A DNA stretch of 60,000 bases from Lama glama. Lineage: Eukaryota. Location: contig CM052818.1 of the NCBI GenBank assembly GCA_028534125.1, forward strand, positions 34,350,001 through 34,410,000, given 5' to 3'. The position numbers were made by a program, and so were the translations under genes. This document shows, in pieces, positions 1 through 15,190 of the stretch. The first letter of the stretch is position 1, and the number at the start of each line of letters is the position of its first letter. The notes beneath the pieces were generated by a model that saw nothing but the letters and a program-made list of their open reading frames with translations, did no database searches and had not been told where the DNA came from.

Positions 1-1026
1 TATTAGGCGCCATTCTCAGTGTGAAGACAGATAGGCAGGAAGGGCTGAGGGGAGGCCGTGGCAGCTGCGGCCTTTGGGGTCCAGGGGCTGCCCGGGGTGA
101 GGGTGTGGGCGTGGGGGCACGTCGCCCACACGTATTGCATATTCTGTGGCAGTGTGCCCAGGCATAAGGCATTGGGGAAGCAGAAAGGCTGCCTGCAGTG
201 GGAGGAGGGGATGGGGAAGCAACACTGGCCTTCCGGTTCCCTAGGAAAGACCCGGCCGGAGACCGAGCAGTCTGCCATGCTCTGTGAGGGCTATTCGGCC
301 TCCCTTCCTGCCACCTCCTTGCAACTTTGGTTGTGGCTCCCTCGGGACTGACGGGACAGGACCCCTCGAGGGCAGGGTCACATGGGACAGAGGCAGCTGG
401 CACTGCCCCTCACCCCAACATAAACACAGAGGGCACCCCTGGGGCCTGGGCCCTGTTCTCTGTGGCACCTGGGCAGCCAGCTTCTCCCTGCTGAGATGGG
501 ATTCACACACTGGCCAGGCCAGACTTCTTCCCTCCCAGGGGGCCCAGAGGTGGGAGCATATGGCGGGGGTGGGGCTGAGGCTGATCCCCATGTGAGCACC
601 CCTGCCCCCACTCCAGCTTCCCTGAATGCCAGGGCCAGCCTTGCTCAGCAGTGTTAAGGAACTGACACAGGAACAGTCAGAGGAGTCAGTATGGAGGGGG
701 AGAAGCCCCTCACCCACTCCTCGAAGCTGTCCTGAGTTACGGTCCCAGCTCCTGCTGTGGTTCCTGATAGTGGAACCAAGGGTCTCACCTCCATCTGCTG
801 CTCTCCATCTGGGCTTCTGGGTTGCAGAGGGGGAAGGCAGTGAGCACACCTGGGAGGGGTGTTCCTTGCTGCAGCTGTGGCTTATCTCTAGCCACCTAGA
901 ATGCAGGCATCAATGCTGGCTGTGGAACCAGGGATCATGTCCCATAGGATCTGCCTGCCGGCTCTCTAGGCTCCTCTGCCCAACTTCCAAACTCCGAAAG
1001 CCTTTCTTCCATGAGCCCCAGACCTG

Positions 1027-1032
1027 TTTATT
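1027..1032 (-). terminator. Candidate polyadenylation signal AATAAA
   Basis: tttatt on the + strand, ~1.28 kb downstream of the stop; usage cannot be verified from sequence. Confidence 0.3.
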
Positions 1033-2199
1033 TGGCCCAAGGACTTCCTGCTTGTAAGAGGCAGTCCAGGTCCTACCCTGCCTTGTGGCCAAGTGGAAGA
1101 GAGGCTGAGCTCGGCACTGGCTCAGACCTGGGCTCTGGTTCTCGTCTAAGGCCCAGTGGCCCACACAATGCCAGGGTGTGCAGGCCAGGAACTCTGCTTT
1201 TGAGAGTAGGCAGAGGAGTGAAAAGGAAAGAGCACTTAGGCTCGGAACAAGCAGCCTGGGTTCTTGCTCCCCATTGCCTTTTGCTACCTGTGTCACCTTG
1301 GGCAAGTCACTTCACCAGTCTGGGTCTCAGTGTCATCCGTCAAATGCAGATGAGAACTCCTGCCCTGGTGACCTAACTGGGATGTGGTGAGAATCAAACG
1401 AATGGGTAGTCAGGACAGGGTTTTCAAACTCATTCCACAGATCTAAGAGTGGGGAATTATCAGCAGCGGCCAGGAATGGCAAGTAGCAATTTTCTGTTTG
1501 ATTCCAAGGGCAGTGTCTGGCTGGACTCCCCACCTCCCACCCACCCCCGGCCCCCCATAAGGATGTGACTGAAAGCCAGTTAGCTCTCACCTACCAGGGG
1601 AACCTTCATGCAGACAGCCACCCTCTTCCCTTCTCTGCCCCTCCTGCAGCCTGCCTATAGGTACTTCCATCTGCCTGCCCTCTGGGGACTAGCTTTAGGG
1701 ACTGCTGGGTTTCCATTTCCTTCATAACTGCAAAGCCATGCAAAACAACACAAAAGGTAGTGGGAGACCGGGAGACACAGTTTGGGGATCAGGAAGGGGA
1801 GTGGGGACTGAGTGAGGGTGACCTCGACAAAGACACCCTGGCTTTTGGAGCCAAGGGAAGGTGGGAGACCTGGCAGGACAGAGGTATAAATAGAGATGCA
1901 AACTTACACGGAACACGAAGTTCCCTCCGGAAGGAGGAGGGGGAGGTGGTGGGGGTCTGGATGCCAGCAGGGCCTCTGCGGACTGAGGAGCTCCTTAGTT
2001 TTCTAGAGGGATGGGATGCTCCCAGCTTCTGCCTTCCTTCCCCCGATTCCCCCCTCCCCCCAAGTTTCACATTTCTAGGAATTTGCAGGGCACAGATGGG
2101 GGCTCCAGGGGTCCTCAGAGCCCCGGCTCCTGCCGGCTGGTGCAAGCAGGCACAGTCGGAGATGGGGGGCTGGGAGAGGGGGAGAGGGGTGTAGGGGCG

Positions 2200-3276
<1,077 letters not shown>

Positions 3277-4849
3277 CTATGGGGCTGCCTTTCTAGAAAC
3301 CTGCCTCCCTTCCCCTTCTCTCCCCTCTCCGCCCCGACCTGGCGGAATCTGGCTCTCTTTCCTTTGCCCGAAGGTGGAGCCCACACACAGATATGGGCAC
3401 ATCCTTGTCCCCAGGCACTGTGCTAGTTCCTTGCTGTTGATTTCTTATTTATTCTCGTGACCATTCCATGGGGTAGGTAGGAAGGAAAGAGGAAACAGGG
3501 AGGGTTAAGTGACTTTTCCAAGGTCAGACTGTTTGGAAGCAGAGCAACCTACATTTGAATTAGAGTCTGTTTGGCTTCAAAGACCCCACCGTTTTCTATA
3601 CCCAGAGAAGGAACTGACTCATGCTGCCGCTGGGAACTTCATCCTGAGGCAGCATGGATCAGGTGAGGGGTACTGGCAAGTACTCAGTTGGGAGACCTGG
3701 GTTCTACTTCAGTGTCTGTGGCCTTTGGACCTGTTACTTGTCCTCTCTGGGCCTCAGCCTCTTTGACTATAAGAGGTGGAAGTTGGGCTGAATGAGTCCT
3801 GACGTCCTGTGATTCAGTGTGAAGGGAGGGAAACTGGGGCATTTCCTGATGACTTTCTTTCTGCCAGCCAAAACTTACGGGTTTAGTTGGCAACTGGGGC
3901 CTTCCAGCCTCCCAGAGGCAGCTGGCCCACTAGTGTCAGAAGAGGAGAAAGGAGACAGTGTCCCATACCCCTCCATTAATCAGTGCTCTAGGGTCCTCAT
4001 TAGACCCAGTCTGGAGCCTTGGGGTCATCCTCTGTGCCTGGCCCCAAAGTAGGGTCTGTCCTTATGACATTGCCTTTGTCAAAGCAGGAGCCCTGGGTGT
4101 CCTTCCATGTGTTACTGTCACCAGTCAGACAACCTCAACTCCTATCATACCCCACCCTGCCCTTCAGCCCTCACTCAGCCAGGAGCCAGGCAGGGGCAAA
4201 GCCTTCCTCTGAGCCAACCATCAAATGGTCTAAGTCCAAAGTTCTACTTGGAGACCTGGAGGGGAAAGGACCCGTGAGGAGAACTCAGAAGCCCTAGGCG
4301 CAAGTTCTGGCCCAGTCACTAGTGGCTGTGTGACCTGGGGCAAATTACTCCCCCTCTCTGAGCATGTTTCCTCATTTGTAAAATGACATCTACTGGTTTT
4401 GGCCCTGCTTCCTTCACTGGGCTGTTAAGATATTTATCACTTTTATTAACAGGATTATTATAATAAAATAGTGCTGACAGGCTTTCCATTTTCCCCTCTG
4501 GTCTAAGCCTTATCAAAATGTAACCAAATGCTTCTTCTTCCATGCAGCCACCCTGGATTGCTCACAGCTGGAAGTGATCCCTGCTTGGAGTGGCGCTGAG
4601 CATGGTCAGCTTTGAAGTCCTGGGCCATGATTACCATCCCCTGCTCTGTCCCTCAGGGCCCTCAACTATGTATGTACAACTAAACACTAGCTTGGGATGG
4701 GAGGTTGGGCACTGCTGGATGTTGTCATATTCTTCCCTAGTGTCCGCCTCCACATTGTCAGCCATGCCCATGGGGTATGTCCAGAATATGTTTGATGAGT
4801 TGATGGCAAGGCAGGATACTGACTGTTTTGATGTCTGATCAAATCCTGA

Positions 4850-5045
4850 TTCTGCCATGGACTGTGTGTTTCTTTTTAAACCTCTCTGAGTCTCAGTTTC
4901 CACGTCTATAAAATGGGCTAATAAGTAGAACCTGCATTATAGGGCTTTGGAAAAGAAATAAGTGAGATAATGTGTATAATACACTTAGCCTAGAGCCTGG
5001 TACGTATCAAGTGCTCAATAACAGCTCACTATGGTTAGTAATGAA
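4850..5045 (+). mobile_element. MIR SINE
   Basis: Core ctctctgagtctcagtttccac.tctataaaatggg; 3' end gtgctcaataa. Confidence 0.8.
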
Positions 5046-8000
5046 TGAAGTGCCAAATTTCCCTCACATTTCCAAGAGATCCCCTGGGCTGGGAGATAGC
5101 TCAGTTCCAGTAAAGTTGGCATCTCTGTTAGCCCAAGGCCATGTGAATCTTAACACACAGGGAGGTCTGGGGACTGCTGCCTAGGGTGTGTGAGGCTGTG
5201 GACTGCCCTGAGAATGGGCTCCCCTGTCCCCTCACTGTGGCATCTAGCTGGTGACTGTGTCACCCTTTGCTAGGGGTGGGGATAGCTGAGCTCTTGAGCC
5301 GCTGTGCCTGGCCCGTCTGCACCCCAGCAGGGTGAGAACAGATTGTGCCTGCCAGCTTGGCCAAGGCAGCCAGACCACAACTCACCTCGACAGCTGGGCA
5401 GGCTCCGAGCCAGAGCAGTTTCTCGTCCTGTCCTTCCCGGTCCCTCGGGTCGGTACCACGTGGGGTGTGGGGGAGGGCAGGGCACTGTGGCCGGGGCTGG
5501 ACAGGGATTGGGAGGTATGGACCAGTCCCAGCTTGACCGCTTGCTGGCTGTGTGACCTTGGGCTGATCCACTCCCCTCTCTGGACCTCTCTTGTCTGGTC
5601 TGCACTCTAGGGGATTGAGCTACAGCTGTTAAGCCCCACCCTGGCTGCCGCTGCCAGAGCTGCCGTCAGGAGTAAAAGAAAAACTGGAGACAAAAGTCCT
5701 TTAGAACCTGTGGAGTTGGTGACAGAAGTAGCAGTGATGGGATCTCACGGGGGATAGTCGGCCTGAGGGTGCAGTCCTGAGGGCAGGGCAGTCTTTGTGG
5801 GGTCTGGCAGCCGTATCCCATGGTCAGGGAAACGGATAGCCTCTCACAACCACTGCCGCCTTGCCCTGGGTTTCTTCTTAGGCTGTGACTGCTCCTGATC
5901 CACTATCCTTTAGGAAAACCCAGTGCCTGCCTGCCTGGCAGCCTCACTGCCCCCTGCAGGCTGCCCACAAGCCCCCCAGCTTCAGGAAGGCCCTCCCTGA
6001 TCTGAATACAGCCCAAGTCCCACCAGACGTGCCGGCCCCTTCTTCCCCTAGTGCCATCCTCATGCTGTGCTCCTCCCTGTCTCTGTCCAGATACTGAGTG
6101 CCCACTTACTTTCTCTGTCCCCCAGCCAGAAGTGGCAGCTCTTTTCTCTGCCTACCTCCTGTTGAATTTAGTGATTTTTCAAAGCAAATGGCCCATCCAG
6201 GCTTAACCAAATGCTCTTAGGCTGCAGCCTCCTGCCCTGTTATAGCCACCCTGGACATGCCTCACCCTTCGGGTCAGATGCCCCCTCGGGGCCCACCCTC
6301 ACTTCTTTACCACAGGCTGAAGCTTAAGGTCTTATCCTTCAGATACATTCTTAACTTTAATGCTCAAAAATTTCCTGCAAGGCCATTATTATGACTATCT
6401 CCGTTTTATAGTTGGAGCAGTGAAGGCTGGAGAAGCGCGTGAGTTGGCCAAGGCCACTGGGACTTTCTGACTCATCGCTCATTCTGATGCCTCAGAGCCA
6501 ATTTAGCTCCAAGGAAGGGCAACCAGGATGGGAAACTGAGGCCCGAGGGGAGAGCATTCCACCTGGAGCCTGGTCCTTGGGCACTGCCCTGAGCTGGAGG
6601 TGGCACAAGTGGCGACAGGGATGTGATGCCCAGGGAATCAGATGCTACTCCTAGCTTCAGGCCTGGGGTCAGCCTGCCCTCCCCGCCTCGCCTGCTCTAT
6701 TGTCACTGGGTGAAAGGGCAAGGGAGGACCTGCTGACGTGGGCGCCCAGTTTGGAGGGGCGCCAGCTGGGGTGGAGCCACTCCCAGGGGGCCCAGGAACT
6801 TCTGGGAAGCAGCTGGGCGTTTGGCAAGGCCTGTCTGCCTGCCAGTAGGCCTGCTGCCTGCCGGGTGCTTGCCCACATCAGGCTTGGGCTTACGAGGGAG
6901 AGAGGGCCAAAGGGAGTCCCCCATCCTCTCCTTCCCACCCAGCCTCTGGGTGAGGGGCTCCCTCTGTCCTTGTGTGTCCCTGACACACACACAGGCTGGG
7001 CTCTGGAACTGATTCTCTGAGGACCCTCCCTCACAGTACCTGATGGACTGAGCAGCCAAAACTCATGCCCCAACCATGAGACTCTCGCCCTGCCTTTCAG
7101 AGTACTGACAGGGGCTATTCTCAGCCCCTCCTCCCAGCTACCTTCCCGAATCCACCACAGACTTAAAGATTCTCAGAGCCAGAAAGGTCCTTAGTGATCA
7201 TATGGCCCAGTCCTTATATTATACAGATGAGGTACTGGAGGCCCAGAGAGGGAGGGGGACCTGCTCAAGGTTGCGCAGCTAGTGAACAGCACAGCCAGGG
7301 CTATAACCCAGGATATGCCATCCCAGACTCAGTGCTCTGTCCTCTGCCCTCTGGCTCAGCACAGCCAAGGTTGACCTGTTCATGTAACCAGAGCCCAGCA
7401 GCCCCTGATTGGGACCAACTCAGCTGAGATGACCCTGAGACCTGGCTGGCGCCTAGAATTTATCTGAGGATGCCAGGTGGCTGTACATAAAAATTATGTG
7501 ACTGGATGTAAATATGAATTATGAATATTTTGGGACAGCTGGAAAAATTAGAAGTGGAATGGGAACCCCTGGCCTCAGTTCTTCTGTTTTCCTCCCAGAT
7601 CACCAAGGTGCTGAGAAACTGGCTGAAGCTCTGTCTTCCAGGGAGATGCAGAGGATTGGGGGGAGTCTGGCCTTCCCTCTTATTGGATTTTCTCTCTCTG
7701 TGGCTGGCCTAGTTTCTTCTAGTCAAAGAACAAATAACCAGTCTGAGCCCTTGGTAATGGCCTTGGCTGAATTGGGCTCAGCTGTTGGCTCCCCACTGAC
7801 CTCACATGCCTGCCAGCTTGAGTTCGTGACCTCCCACCCCTGGCCCAGCTGGCCACAAAGCTAGAATGCTGGCCACAGCCTTAGGTGGAGGAAAGAGCAT
7901 GGGGCTAGGAGGCAGGAGATCTAGGGGTCTGACCTGGCCCTGACTGTAACCAGCTTTGTGCCTTGGGCAAGTCCTTTTCCCTCCCTGGGCCTCAGTTTCC

Positions 8001-8349
8001 CTCATCTGTGACATGGGAGGATAGGGCAAGATAAAGTATCCTACCTTTTTTTCCCTGCTTTAGATGCCTTCTAGTTTTTTCTGTTCACCCACCCATTCAT
8101 AGTCTAAGTTTGGAAAGATTTTATACATGGAGTACAATGTGTTGATCAGTGTGGTGTAGCTACTACTAGAACAGGCACTGAAGAGATTATTGTGGAAAAA
8201 AATATTTTCCCATCAAAATTAATTAGGAACACATCTGCTGATCAGAACTTCTGATTAGCATGGGATAACTCATTCTATGAGATGGGATTATGTTATTGTT
8301 ATGCTTTTCAAATATTGAAAGTAGACATTTCTGTTTTCTGCAGGGATCT

Positions 8350-8560
8350 TTAGTGGTGTAGGTGAGAGCACAGCCTCTGCGGTTAGGCAGCTTTCCACTT
8401 TGGCCAAGTTACTTAATCTTCCAAGTGCCTCAGTTTCCTCATCTGTGAAATGGAAATAATGATGTACTTATCTCCTAGAGTGGCTGTGAGGATTTGATGG
8501 ATAGTTGACTTAAAATGCTTAGGACATTGGGATCAATAAATATTAATTTTTAGTATGACT
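8350..8560 (+). mobile_element. MIR SINE
   Basis: caagttacttaat...gcctcagtttcctcatctgtgaaatggaaataat. Confidence 0.85.
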
Positions 8561-8625
8561 ATTTGGGGGGAAACATCAAGATTAGATGGTCTTTAAAGCT
8601 CCTTTCAGCATCAACTTTCTGAGAT

Positions 8626-8921
8626 CAGTGTTTCCCAGAGTCAATTTCCTGGAATACCAGTTCCATGTACTGTTAATAACTTTTGGATGAGAAAAGGGTT
8701 GCTTGGTTAAATTAAATAGCGGGAATGCTGAATTTAACTGAATTTGTTGTCATTCGATTGAAGCTGAGACTTTATCTGAGCCATACACATGTTAATGAGC
8801 AAGGTCAGTCAAAATTGGGAGAAAGTGCTGAAGTTTTGCCACTTATATGACCTTTGAATGCTTTTCTCACAGTGCGTATTGCTGGGAAAGTGTTCCTTGG
8901 AGCACAGTTTGGGGAACGCTC
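8626..8921. mobile_element. MER103-like hAT MITE
   Basis: Degenerate terminal inverted repeats cagtgtttcccagag ... tttggggaacgct. Confidence 0.55.
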
Positions 8922-11294
8922 CTCTCTAGCATCAAGGACTCTAAGGTCCTTCTTCCAGGTCTCTGACTTTGAGATTCTCTAATGTTTTGTCTCTGGTTGG
9001 CCCAGCCCTTCAGTAGATTAGAAGCTCGCAGCCCTTGGCAATGCCTAGCTGCAACCTGTTTCCAGGTTCCCTGCAGAGCTAGTTATCTAATGTAAATACT
9101 GTCCTGGCCAGGCAAATGTTTGCCCTGAGAGAAGATGGATGAGGTGACCCATGGCTAGAGGTGCCCAAAGGCTGTGAACTCTGGGCCAAGCTGGGCTGAT
9201 GCAAAGCTAGACGTGGGAGGGGATGTGATCTCAGGGTGCTGCCTGGGCCTGGTGGGGCAGCCAGAGAGCAGTGGGGGCTCGAGGGAGCCAGGGCAGCTCC
9301 AGGGGACTGGCTGTGAGACACAGGCACCCCCAGAGGGAGCCTGGTTCTCCTGCTGGGCCTGTGGACAGTGCCTCAGAAAGGCCCACAGAGGATCCTGCCT
9401 CCTCAGGGGCCTGAGGCACAGACAGGGAGCCACCCCCTTGGTCTGGAGGTGGCAGCAATGTGAAGCCAGGAACTGGGACTGTAAGAGCCTAATCGGTGTG
9501 TTAAAGGAGATGGGGCAGAAGGAAACTGGCAGGAGAGCCCAAGTCCTTGGGAGGGAGGGAGGAAAGAGGCAGTGTGGCTCCGTGGAGATGGGGAGGGGAG
9601 TGCAGGCCTTCTCCTTTCCATTGTCAGGACCCAGCTCAGACACTGCCTTTCCCAAGAACCTTTGGAGAACCTTCCCAGAGCTGGAGGGGCCTCTCCCTCT
9701 GCCTTGCTCAGAAGCCTGGCTTTGTTCTGCAGGGCTCTGAGCTCCTGGAGGGCCTGCAGGTCTCCTCAATGTTGGCACCCACAAGGCCTGGTGGGTGCAG
9801 CTGCTCAGCCCAGACAGCCTGAAAGTATGAGATGCAGACAAGAGAAACCTCCTCTTGACACCCAAAAGGGGGAGGGGAGCAGGCCTTGGCAGGAGGGCCC
9901 TTTGTGACTCACAGCTCCTGTCCTCCCTGTGGCCCCCAGGCCCCTGCAAAATGAAGCCAGCTTCAGGGTCCAGAAGGAATCCCCCCCTGCTTTGGGCCTG
10001 GCCATGGCCTGAGCTAGGCCTGGGAAACCACTGCGGCCTCAAGGACCTGGGCTAGGGGGAGGGCCAGTGTGCAGAAGTGGGCCTGGAGTTTATCCCCCTC
10101 CAGGCCAGAGCTCCCGGGAAGGCCAGCTCTGAGGTACAGCCTCTCCCTCCCTCCGCCCTGCCCCTATCCAGGGCCTCTCTTCCCCTCTTCCTGGCTCCTC
10201 TCTCAGCTTTTGTCCCCACTGCCCACCACAGGTCCTCCCCCTCCCCCAGCCTTCTTCCCTGACTTCCCATTTGGAGGCCCACTGCCCTCTCCTCTTTCTC
10301 TCTTTAGCTGTCTCCCTTTCACAGGTGCCCCTATGACTGATTCACGGTCCTTTGGTGTAGGACAGTGCCCCTCCTCCCATTCCCCCTCCCCAGGCCCACA
10401 TGGGATTAGGGGGAGCTGAGGCGGGGGTGCTGGTGTCATGGAAAATCCCCGCGGCAGCCAAGGTCAGTGTTTGCAGACACAGCCTGGCCTAGAGCCAGGC
10501 CTGCCTCCCCAGCCAGCTCCCTCTGGCCTATCCCAGAGGCTGGCTTTGCACAGGGGCCCTCGGAGGCACCCCAGGGCTGCTCTGGGTACCTGGGGCCAGG
10601 GGCTGCTGGAGCCATAAGTCCGGGAGTATGGGAGACTATGTAGTTCAACTTGCTCATTTTGTAGATGGGTAAACTGAGGCCCAGAAAGGGGCAGGGACAG
10701 AACCAGGACAGGAACCCAGCATGCTCTGCAGAGAGGAGCAATCTTTTCTGGTAGGACAAGGAATAGGGAAGGCTGTTGTAAACTTCCACTAAATCCAGGG
10801 CTAGCTGAGGTTGGCCTAGACTTAAGAGGTTGGTGATGGGGCCAGGAGAAGTAGAGCCAGGTGATCAAACCACAGTCCTTGACCTCAAAACACTTTCCGT
10901 CTGAAAGTGAATCAGATGAAACATCTCAGTGGAAGCACTTTGAAAACTTCAATGCCCCATACAAAGAAGAGGTTATTATTGCACAAATTAAAATGCAAGG
11001 CAAAGGTCAGAAATTAGGAAGAATTTAAGACGAGACCTGAGGGAGGCCTAGCAGTGAAGAACTTCGGTTCGGGTATCAGGAAGGGCTTCACGGAGGAGGT
11101 GGCATTTGCCCTGAGCTCTGAAGGATGGATGGAAATGCAGGGTTCTGATGGAAGGGAGATGCTGAAACAAAGAAACAATGCTAAGGAGACACTCAGTTTG
11201 TTAGAGGCAGAGAAACTCAGCCTGAGGCTGATGGGCATTCTCACAAATGGTGGGATGGAGGGGGATGGGCAGACTCTCTCAGGAAGGCAGCTAC

Positions 11295-11825
11295 ATGATA
11301 CACATCAAGAACCTTGGAAACATGTCTGCTGGTGACCCTGCAGTGCCATTTCTAGGAATATCTCCTGGGAAAATAAGCAGAGATTGGAAAAAAGATTTAT
11401 GAACAAGGTTGTTTATAGCAGCATTTTCATTGTGAAAAATTGTAAACAGTCCAAATGTTCACCAATAGGGTTTGGTTAAACATATTAAGGTGTATTTATG
11501 CAGTGGAATGTTGTGCAGCCATTAAAGTGCTGTTCTTAGGAGTCTCTTAATTACACAGAAGGCCACCATAGAACGTTAAATACAAATAGTAGAATACAAC
11601 CCTTTATGTATAATGGGATCCCACACTAAATATACAATATGAAAAATGTAACTATACACACAGACACACGTGGAGAAAGAGAAGCTGGAGGAAAATAGAC
11701 TAAGCTCTTGAGAGTTTATCTTTGAATCATGGGTACATGATTACTTTTAATTTCCTTTTATAAAGTCTATATTTTCTACAAAAATCTATTACTTTTATAA
11801 GTAGAAAGCGATGAATATTGTAAAC
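11295..11825 (+). mobile_element. L1ME-like fragment nested in an L2
   Basis: gaccctgcagtgccatttctaggaatat...aaacagtccaaatgttcaccaatagg...gcagccattaaa; L2-like minus-strand sequence on both sides (~11020-11200 and ~11870-12010). Confidence 0.7.
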
Positions 11826-13148
11826 CTAACAACAACAATTCTAGTTTTCTTGGAGTAGAAAGTTCACATGGGTAGTGAAAGTTGGGAAGGTGAGCAGGGG
11901 CTAAAATGTGCAGAGCTTTGAAGGGTGGGCACAGGAATTCAAATCTTAACTTGAAGGCAATGAGGAGCCATGGACAGCTCTAGAGTAGGGGAGGTACATG
12001 CCAAAGAGAGATCAGGATGAGTTTTCCTGGCATCCCTATGTGTGCGGGTGGGAGTGTCTGTGGGAGACAGCAGGCAGAAGGATGCATCAGGGGGCCTCTG
12101 CCCTGTCCCATTGTCAAGTGCTCAGGTCAAAACTAGGTTCACAAGGGAAGAGGAAGGAGGGGAAGGGAGGAGGGAGGAGGAAAGGGGAGGAGGTGGGAGA
12201 AAGGAAAGTGTAGATACACAGTGTGTGAGATGCTCTTACATTTGTGGATTTAAACTCTAAGCCCCGCGAGGGCAGAGATTTTTGTCTCTTTTGTTACTAC
12301 TAGTCCTCAGCTTGTAGCTGGCACTTAATAAATCTCTGTTGAAAGAGTAAATTAAGAAAGGGAGGCATCAAAGATGAGCCAGGGTTGAATGGGGTGGAGC
12401 CAGGGAGGATGGACAGGGCATGAGGCCCAGAGCGGGCAGTGTCTCACACCCAGGGCAGCCACCCGGGGGGTCCTGGGAAGGGTACCGACCTTGGGGGCTA
12501 TGGGGTCTGTTCTAGGCCAGCCACTGCACCAGGTGGCCATGGGCCAGGCCTGGGGCCTGTCTGCATCCTGTGACTAGCTGGACAGAACATGTGTGAGCTT
12601 AGAACTTCTAACAGATTGGATCTGTTGGGGTTTTAATTAAATGAATCCACCAGGGACAGCCTGGCATTGAGAAAAGAATTCTACAGCACAATTTAAAGTG
12701 GACTTGGCCATCTAAGCAGATGGCTGGAGATGCCAGTCCCCCCTCCCCCAAGCGCTTCTTGAAAGGCTATGTCTGTAAATCTGGCATCTGGCTGGCCTGA
12801 GTCCTACACTTACACTCTCCAGCTCTTCCTGTTTTGCCCATGGAAAAGCAGGCACATGTCGGCATCTCCTTGTCAGACTCCCCCAAAAGGGACTGAACCT
12901 CTCCCAACAGGAAGCCTTGTTGGGTCATGGGGGCAGCAGTGGCCAGCCTGGGTGTTCCCTGTTGGCTGCACCACGTGTCCTGGAGCTGAGCCTGCCCGGA
13001 GCCTGGCTGCCTGAAATCACATCCTGCAGGCAGCGTTCATGGGGTGGTGTGGGGCCTAGAGGACAAGTGTGCACGGAGTTAAAGGACATCCAACCAGGAG
13101 TCGGAGGCCTGGCTCCCATCCTAGTTCTGCCACTGCCCCACTGCAGGA

Positions 13149-13370
13149 CAGGAGGTGATGAGTTTTTTTCTGTAAATGGCCAGATAGTAAATATTTTAGG
13201 CCCCACACGCCACATGGTCTCTTGCAACCACTCAACTCTGCCATTGTATCAAGGAAGCAGCCATAGACAATATGCAAATGAATGGGCATGGCTATGTTCC
13301 AATAAAACTTTATTTACAAAAATAGATGGCGGGCCAAATTCAGCCCACAGGCCCTAGTTTTCTGAGCCTG
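13149..13370 (+). mobile_element. MER58A-like hAT-Charlie DNA transposon
   Basis: ttctgtaaatggccagatagtaaatattttagg...gttccaataaaactttatttacaaaa; cag...ctg termini; flanked by MIR-like sequence. Confidence 0.85.
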
Positions 13371-13869
13371 CTGTGGGGCCTTTGTTAAGGCACGTCAGCG
13401 CCTGAGCCTCAGTTGTCTTACTTATCAAATGGGAAGTTAGATTAGAAGGTTATTTCTTCTCTGACAAGTTACATTTTAGGATTTAATAAATTGCTAGCTC
13501 CGCCTCCCTGTTCCGTGTACCAGGCCCAGGTGCCGAGGAGAGGGGTGAGTGTTAAGCAGGGCCTGGAGTCCAAACCTGCATATGGGATTGGTATCTACAG
13601 CTCTTTGGAGGCCATGGCCGCATTTCCTCATTTCTGGACATGGTACATGTTCTTTCTTTCTCCCTGATGGGCTTCTACTCTCCCGTGAAAGTCCATCTCA
13701 CAAGTCACCTCCTCTGTGGAGCCTTCCTTGACCCCACCCACCTAAACAAATCAATGCTCCTGGAGCCCTTTGTTCATCACTCACCATTCCTCAGACATTC
13801 ATCCGTTCAACCAGCAGGCGTTTTTTGAGTCCTTAATATATGCAGTGCTCTAAGTTCCAGAATAATAAC

Positions 13870-14100
13870 AATTCCCATGTTGCACTTTTGCAACACTTTG
13901 TCATTTACAAAGCAATTTCTCTATGTTCTATTGTTTGAGCTTGCACAGCACTCTTGTAGAGGAGGTGTTTATTGTTATTATTATTTTCTGTTTTACAGAT
14001 GTGGAAACTGAGGCTCAGAGAGGTAAAGTGTTTTATCTCAGGCCATAAATGCTAGAAGCAAATTTGAAGTTCAGAGTTCAGTTCTCTTTCCACTGTACTC
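13870..14100 (-). mobile_element. MIR SINE
   Basis: ttttacagatgtggaaactgaggctcagagaggtaaagtg. Confidence 0.8.
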
Positions 14101-14989
14101 AGCTGCCCCAGGACTCTCCACAGTGGGATGGAAGTCAGGAGACCTGGGGTCTGGTTCCAGCTGTGCCTCTGTGTGATTGCAGGCAAGACCCTGCCCTTCT
14201 CTGGGCTTGGAATTCCTCCTCTGGGAAACCAAGAGGTGGAGGAGATGTTCTTGAGGCCCTGTGACATTCTTGGATTCTGGGCCTACAGAGGGGGAGGGTT
14301 TCCTCTCCTACAGACAGCGGAGAAAGCAATGGTCTCAGTGGGACTATTGGGTCCCCAAAACAACGGCCCTGAGCTTTGAGGTGCACATTAGACCCACAGC
14401 TGCTGGGGTTCTTTGCAGAGCTGTTGTGGTCTGCGCTGAGCAGATGCTGTGCCTAGGGTGAGAACCCTTGGGCTGTCATGGGAAGGGGGAGCGCTGGAGC
14501 TGGGCTGGCCTAGCTGAAGCAGATGGACAGCCAGAGCTGACTCTTCGGAGATGAAACTGCGTCCCCCTCCCCACTCCCATACAGCCTGCCAGTGCAGGAG
14601 GCCGCGGGGAGTCAGGGAGAGGGTGGTCATGTGTCCCTGCCTGAGTCTCCTGGGCCAAGATGGGCAAGGCAGGCTGGAGTACTCAGGTTCTCCCTACTGA
14701 CTGCTGAGCCCTGATGGACCCTAACCCCACCCCCGTCTCCTGGGGCCTTGAGCTTTTGCTCCTTTTTGCTTCTTTCTTCCCTCTTCCTTCCCTTCTCCTC
14801 TTCCTCTTCCTCCTTTTCGTCTCATTTCGTCCTCTCAGTCTCCTCCTGGACTCTGAGGACAGGGATGGTGTCTTGTACTTCTCAGGGGCTCAGTGCCTGA
14901 CACCAGTAGAGCTAATGGTCATGATGGTGGTGGCAACAGAGTAGCAGTAGTCGTGGTCGTAGTCGCAGTGGTGATAGTAGTAACTGTAA

Positions 14990-15190
14990 AGCTCACATTC
15001 ATTGAGCCTCTGTGTGCCTGGCATTGAATGAAGTGCTTTACATATATTATTTCATTTTGTATTCTTGAAAACTTTGTGGGATAGACATTATTTCCATTTT
15101 CCGGATGAGAAAACTGAGGCACAGAAAGTCTCTAACTCATTCAAGACCACACAGCTAGTGAGTGGCTGAGTCAGGGTCCAGATTCAGGCT
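14990..15190 (-). mobile_element. MIR SINE
   Basis: attgagc...tgtgcctggcat...gatgagaaaactgaggcacaga...cacacagctagtgagtggc. Confidence 0.85.

Noticed and set aside
9155..10042. Long intronic and intergenic ORFs (295 aa here; also 29153-29857 and 55521-56270)
   Set aside because: Pro/Ser/Leu/Gly-rich random-like composition with no domains; expected in GC-rich DNA.
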